In this document: piece by piece, positions 57,693 to 64,000 of the stretch | Numbering within the stretch: the stretch's first letter is position 1 | How the letters are laid out: each line of letters opens with the position of its first letter | Assembly (NCBI GenBank): GCA_043228905.1 | Contig: JBHGNT010000015.1 | Location: 15,066,001-15,130,000 of the forward strand | Direction of reading: 5' to 3' | DNA length: 64,000 bases | Source: Azolla caroliniana | Taxonomy: Eukaryota; Plantae; Polypodiophyta | Notes under the pieces: model-generated | Told to the model about the DNA's origin: nothing | The model's input: only the letters and a program-made list of their open reading frames with translations | The model's database searches: none | Made by a program: the position numbers and the translations under genes

Positions 57693-60083
57693 GAATTAGA
57701 ATTAAAAATTTTATCGTCCATAAAGAGGCCAGTTTTGACCTATGGGACCAGAGTATACGTGTGTTCTTGATATGTGTCTCCTTCCTAAGAAGGGGTATTC
57801 ATACATTGAAGCACAAAGTCTCTATGCGGGAATAAAGCATACACATATGAGCTCAACCTTCTAGGTGGTGTCTTAAGTATGGCACTTAAGTTATCACTCC
57901 CTCTTAGTATGTCAACATATCTTGAATGAATTGCACTATATGTCAAGCATGTGAAGTGCAAGTGACATTCATCCTCTACCATGCCTTCATTGCATACTTT
58001 ACATGTCTTCAAATTCGTTACATTTTGATACCATGATGCAACTTCAATACCTAACTTGTGAGATTGAGTGCAAAGTAATGTAAGGGCTCTACGAGCATTA
58101 GTACTCATATTGGTAATGACATAAGGTTGGATACGATCAATAGGCATTCTTGGTTTATATTGAGACCAACATTCAGGGTTGACATTTGCAATGTAGTATT
58201 CTAGCTTTGTCCTCTTAGCATCTTCCCACTTCATCCTTAATGATTCCACCAACCTTTCCTCAATCATTACATAAGGCATAGCATCGGCCAAAAGCTCTAA
58301 AAGATCATCCATACCCCATCTTCTAAACCATTTCCTTATGTCAACAACCCAACCGGATGAGAGAATCTTACTCTTATGATTCTTTTGTAGCTTACATCCA
58401 ACATTCCAAGCAAGATGTGGTAATCGCTGATTTGGCATACTCTTTACTTTTGTAATGTATTTATATTTTGGAGTGCCAATATTTATATGGGTCGAACACC
58501 TGTTTCCAAGAGCATAACCTAGTAAGAGGTAGTGCATTTAACTCCTATTGCTAAAAACATCTTTTGAATTTTCTCAATCTCATTCCATGCATTAAGAGAG
58601 ATGGTGCCACCCCATACTTCTACTCCATTATAAAGCAATACTTGAGTTACCGTGGCATTGAACAACATTAGTTTTACTTCCCATCCACAAGTATCACTTT
58701 GGTTGCATTGGTTCTCCAAAAGGTAATATGATTTCCAACCGGCTTGGAGCCTAGAATCAAAGCATGCACTGCATTTATTTGTGGCGGCTACATCAATACC
58801 AAGATATTTAAAGCTTTGAACAAATTGTATATGTTCACCTCTATATGTGAGCATAGAGTAATGATGAGGTTGGATGGTTTGCACTACCATCATTTTTGTT
58901 TTCTCCACATTCACTGCTAGTTCACTACTATGGAAAATTCTTCTAATACCCCAAGTAAATGGCGCACACTAACATGTTGCATCTATTTGGGGGCATTCAA
59001 TCCTTCTTCTCTTGCAACCTTATTCACAACTTCTTCTAATTTATCAATACATCATCCAAAGAGTGTGGGTGATAGTGGACATCCTTGTTGGACCACCATG
59101 TTACTTAAAAAGTGCTTTGAGAATCCACTATCCATTTTTAGTTGGCATTTAACTTGTTCATATAGGCGTGCAACAACAACTTGGTACTCTAATGACATGT
59201 CAATCTCTGCCATTCTATTCTAAAGCTCACTTCTTGGTACGATTTCAAAAGCTTTCTTGAAATCAACAAAACAAGAATAAAGGGTTTTTCCTGGTACTCT
59301 CTTCCATGATTACTCCCAATGTGACCAAATGATCCATAGTGGAGTGTTCTGGTCTAAATCTTGCTTGCCCAAGTGGTCTTTTTCTTGTACTTTCAACCCA
59401 TGTGCTTATCTTTTGCTCCATAATAGTGCTATATAATTTAGCAATAGTTGAGCTCATCATTATTGTACGATAATTTGATACTTGATTCTTATCTCCGGCT
59501 TTAAATATTGGTTTAATCCAATTCATAAGCCAATCATTTGGAAAACCTTGTTTTATTGCTTGCTCTATAATTGTCATTGTCCATTTTAAAAGCTCACTTG
59601 AGACGTAGGTTGCATCTACTGCTTTCCCACTCGCCATCTTCTTTATTCCCTTATTGACATCATCAATATCGATACATGTAGTGCATGGTGTTTCAATTTT
59701 CTCAACCATAGGAGTCACACCTTCATGCATATATAGGCTTTGTACATGGTCTAACATCTCTTCATTTGTAAAGTGAACTTTCACATCTTCTTTCTTACCC
59801 TTGAGTTGTCCCCATGCTAACTTTTTGGAGGTTAAACAAGTTTTTCTTTTTCATCTCTTGCATTTGGAAATATCTTCTTTTATTTCTCCTCACTACTTTC
59901 TTATATAGGTTCCATGCAACAATCTTTTCATTTTCCCCTTCTATGGACTTAAACAATTTGTGACACATCTTACATTCATCATCGAACCAAGAATTACATG
60001 GAAAATTATACATCTTATGCCCACACACATGCCTCTTAAAGTATTGATATCCAACCTTAAGGATGATATCCTTCAAATGTTGC
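57693..60083 (-). mobile_element. 5'-truncated RTE-X-like LINE inserted in the copia 5' LTR
   Basis: WFDDEC, KPIFKAGD..NYRTI, QGCPLSPT, FKYLG, CKVC..EDECHLHFTC; 3' GGACGATAAAA plus (TAATTC) tail; LTR sequence continues on both sides. Confidence 0.9.
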
Positions 60084-60759
60084 CAGAGAGAGAGAGAGAG
60101 AGAGTTACGTAGACAACTACAACTTAAATTACAAAAAACTTTGTTCTACATACAAATGTGCTCAGTGCACTTTTTATACAAGCCCTAATTGAGGGCTAAC
60201 ACATACTTGTTTGCTCATTAACTGAGTCTGACACTAATTAGCCTATAATAGTAGGCCTATTTACTAAAATAGGCATTTAGGCTTCCTAACGACCTGTCGG
60301 ATTCCATTCGATTCGGGCCTACTTGATCGATCTATGTTCGATCTGGCTTTCGGCTTATTCAGTCAATCGTCCCATATCGAGCTTGTCTACTCAACACAAA
60401 AGAATGGAGGCAACAACATCGTAGCAAACTAGGTTACAAGTCAATATATACAATAACTGAACTAGGGCAACTTCCCTTTAGTCTAATTACATAAATGTCC
60501 TAAACGTAGTCTGTCCAAGTGGGACGGTGTGAATACGTCCATTATACCATGTATTCGACACTACCCCCACCCTAGAAGGATTCAATTTTCAAACTTTCTT
60601 ATTTTCTAGTATTAATAGTATAAAAAGTTATGTTTTTTGGCAATGTTTCTTTTGTACACCATAGTTTGCTTTCACCCCAATACATGTTAAAGCCCATCAT
60701 ATTGTGTGCCATCTAAACCATTGTTTCCATAAGACTTAGTTCACACTCACCACAATATA

Positions 60760-61198
60760 AGATGGGGTGTTGGAGCACCAGTGATGAGATTAGTCAACTA
60801 TGTACACTTTGTTGTAAATAGATTCACAATATGATACAATGCTTTGCGTTCGTCACATTTGAGTATGCTTCCCACACAAACCTAACGCTTACATGAATTT
60901 CTCATAATCAACTATGTACACTTTGTTGTAAATAGATTCACAATATGATACAATGCTTTGCGTTCGTCACACTTGAGTATGCTTCCCACACAAACCTAAC
61001 ACTTACATGAATTTCTCATAATCATAGAGTGCATTCTCAATTGTGACATTCATTAGTAAAGTTCTTGAACATTGAGAGTTGCTACTCACTTTCACATCTA
61101 TTTCATGAAAATGTTACATTGTTGGTCTCATATGTCATATTTGACCTCCAAAGGCGATAATAAATTGTATTTGTCTCTTATTCTCTGTCTATCTCCCC

Positions 61199-61236
<38 letters not shown>

Positions 61237-61240
61237 CATA
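60760..61240 (+). mobile_element. LINE 3' remnant with a 114-bp tandem duplication and a (CA)n flank
   Basis: ACTATGTACACTTTGT (LCTLC) and TAAAGTTCTTGAACA..GAGAG match 33140-33420; duplicated unit about 60794-60907 / 60908-61021. Confidence 0.75.
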
Positions 61241-64000
61241 ACACCACATATATACATATATCGTAATTAATTCCATTGTATCTATACACTTTAATCCTCC
61301 ATAGAACAAAGTTCTTCATAAACTTCTCAATAACAAATTTTGTAACTAAGGTTCAATATCTTATGTGAATCTTCTGTTATCTATATATATATTATGTGAC
61401 AAAATGCAAGCTTTATCAATACACACACATATCTCACTTAATGCACTTTGATCTTCCAAAGAACTATGCTCTCTAGTTCTTTATAACATTCTCTATAAAA
61501 ACTCTTGTGCCTAAGTTTTTGTATCTTATGATAAGGTTCCATGCTATACATATACATTGTATGTTTCAAAGCACAAACTTTATTCTTACACTATCATGGT
61601 CATGTATTTAGTTTCATCAATATGGTAACCTTTAATTAAAACCTAATTATTTGTTGGGATGTCTAAAATCTTTGATATGATGTATGTACATAAAGTCAAT
61701 GCTTTCTCAAAGTGCTTGTCAACAATATAGTGTCTTGTTTCAATTGCCTCAAACACTCGTTTCTTTGCTTTTTTATTTAAACGCATACTAGTAGGAAAAA
61801 AACATATGAGAAGAAGAAACTAAAAACATGCAATAGTTAAGAACTATTAAATATGACACCACAAAAAGACTCATCACCACCAACAAGATCCCACTACCAA
61901 ACATTTCATTCATCTTCCACCTATGATTTCATGTTTTACCAGTTCAACTAGTACATTAGGGACCACGAAGAGATACCTCCTACTTATACATTACTTTCGA
62001 CTTCATAGGGAATTTTTATCAATCCAAAACACTATGAGGGAGATCATGACGGAAACCATGTTGGGGGAAACATTTATTGTATTCTTCGCACACACATGAT
62101 TGTATGACCAATTATGTTGATTAATCTAGAGAGAGAGAGAGATCATGTTCTTCTAGGAAGGAAAATGGGGCCTAATACGACATGTTTTTATTTACTTCCC
62201 TTTGTCAATAGAACTCCACTCCTTAAGGCTTATGCATTTAGGGGGAGCTAGAGATGGAGAAGTCAAATTCTCAAGGTTAAACTTTCTTAAAGTAACCAAG
62301 AAACTTTCTAACCAATAGTTCCCTTGGTTGCATTCAAAGTGAAAAATGTGGAATGTTCTTGTGGTCTCCTATTTGTGGGAAGGATAAACCTCCTAGAATC
62401 TCTCTATAAATTTGCAATATTAGAGGTGGATCATTAGTGATATAGATTTCAAACAAGACCCTTGCGCTCTAAACAACATTATACTTCTATGAGCTGGGGG
62501 CATGGGAGGGAGAGCAAGGTTAACTGTACAATGCATTCTTTGCTTCCTAGTATTAACTACTTCAACCACCATTTGATGCCCCTAAAATATGATTACATGC
62601 TTCTGGGATATTAAACTATTTTCTTGACAAGGTTTGTTGTTTGATGCTAACAACTACAATAACGAAAAAGGAAAATTGATGCGAATTGCCCCATCACAAA
62701 AAAACTTTTCAACCATCAAAAGTATGTGTTATGCATTTTTAAGACATGATGTATTCAAGTATTGTTAAAATATAAACCATGAGAATAAAGAGCCTAGCCC
62801 AATAAATGTATTGTTATAAGTGGATATTGAAAGATAAAGAGAGAATATGTAAAATGGAATGAATGATTGGAAACTAGCAATGAAACGCCAACATGTAGTT
62901 TTAACTTTAAATTTAGTGAAACACTCAACACCTAGTACATTTCTATAATGTAAAATGCATAATACAGATTGTTTTAATATCTCAAAGCATATAAAATAAA
63001 CTAGTGAATGAGCTTGTGTTGCAAAAGACATTATTAGTGTGACCCGTACTAGTCTACAAGAAATGTATGGATTCGTTTATCTTGTTAATTTTGCCATATA
63101 GCAATTGTGTTTAAAAAATAAGTCTCCAAAGTGTTCTATGGCTATGGGTGGAACACGAAAGACTCTTCAAAATATATTGTGCTTAGTATATATCAAGGCC
63201 GACAGACGTATAAGTGATATTCAAAGAAACGAGAATTAATCACTTGACAATTATGTGTATGGGAATTGGGAATTGATGTCCATCCTAAAAGAATAAACTT
63301 TATTGTAGGGATCAATGCCACTTATATCACTTAAACTCTTCTGATTTGGAAATGTTGGAATGAAAACCTTCATTGTGAAATATATCTTTAGGTTCTTTGT
63401 GGATAGTGAACCATAGCAAATATGGGTTGTGGCTTAGTTACTTACACACATTACATTGTTGTCGATATATTTATTAAGACATCAATGTTTCAATATATAC
63501 TTGCTATTATTTGGAATTTGGGGATTATAGAGTTAAGACATGTTTTTCCTCAAGAGATAACATGAATAGCCATAATCCATGCTTAAAACAATTGTACCTT
63601 CAATCAAAATTTCCTTCAAATCAATAAAAACTTAAATTCATCATATAAGACAACATCCCGTAAAAACTAGTTTCAAGTATTCCAAAAAGTGTGTTGCCAA
63701 TATGTATGTATGTGTATGCCCTCCATTCGTATCTTGGTTCATCTCGCTCAACGAGCTAAGTGTTTTAAACAGAACATGTTTCTAATCGTGGATATCTCAA
63801 TAGTCAATGCAAGAGCCCATTCTTTTTGCACTTTAGGCAGTAACTTATGGTTTAAACATGCTTCACCTTGTGAGTGTGTTTAGGTGATGGACGTGTATTG
63901 ACAATAGCAAGACACAATGGAAAGCTCATACATGACAAGGTGTCAAACGATGGGAAAGTTACGTCGAGCCAGCATTATCAAATATGATCACAAGTCAAAG

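Larger units (their letters stand above)
35641..60396 (-). mobile_element. Degenerate copia family A element hosting several nested insertions
   Basis: LTRs 35641-36090 and 57608-60396 (the second interrupted by a LINE); TSD CAAAA at 35636-35640 and 60397-60401; PBS-Met 57596-57607; PPT 36091-36101; collinear gag-pol pieces at 55900-57500, 41060-42859 and 36100-37890. Confidence 0.9.
35470..60560 (-). mobile_element. Old Tork-family LTR split by the copia nest (35470-35640 and 60402-60560)
   Basis: Right half GGGCAACTTCCCTTT...GTGTGAATACGTCCATTATACCATGTATTCGACA matches the LTRs at 47760 and 52932; left half starts TGTTG at 35470. No TSD found. Confidence 0.6.

Overview
Plant nuclear DNA dominated by nested transposable elements. 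The TE repertoire suggests a non-seed plant such as a fern or lycophyte; this is inference. Only one host gene is supported, an NHL/LEA_2-family gene at 26681-27328 (+). From left to right: (1) the 5' part of a tRNA-Trp-primed Ty3/gypsy element whose LTR contains a tRNA-like A/B-box segment; (2) a Sola2-like DNA transposon whose intron holds a ~147-bp tandem array, interrupted by a full-length Ty1/copia element with two identical PPTs and a ~243-aa C-terminal Pol extension; (3) a chromovirus 3' remnant, a MULE/SWIM pseudogene and a hAT-type MITE; (4) the host gene; (5) RTE-X-like LINEs sitting in microsatellites; (6) a 25-kb nest (35641-60396, TSD CAAAA) containing a truncated Tork-like copia, an old gypsy solo LTR with a fungal-like Trp-primed gypsy inside it and a young Tork-like copia inside that, a MITE and a LINE. 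The most notable candidates are the dual-PPT/extended-Pol copia family, the plant Sola2 with its intronic nucleosome-length satellite, the tRNA-like LTR segment and the microsatellite-associated LINEs. All coordinates and comparisons were made by eye; no database searches were run.
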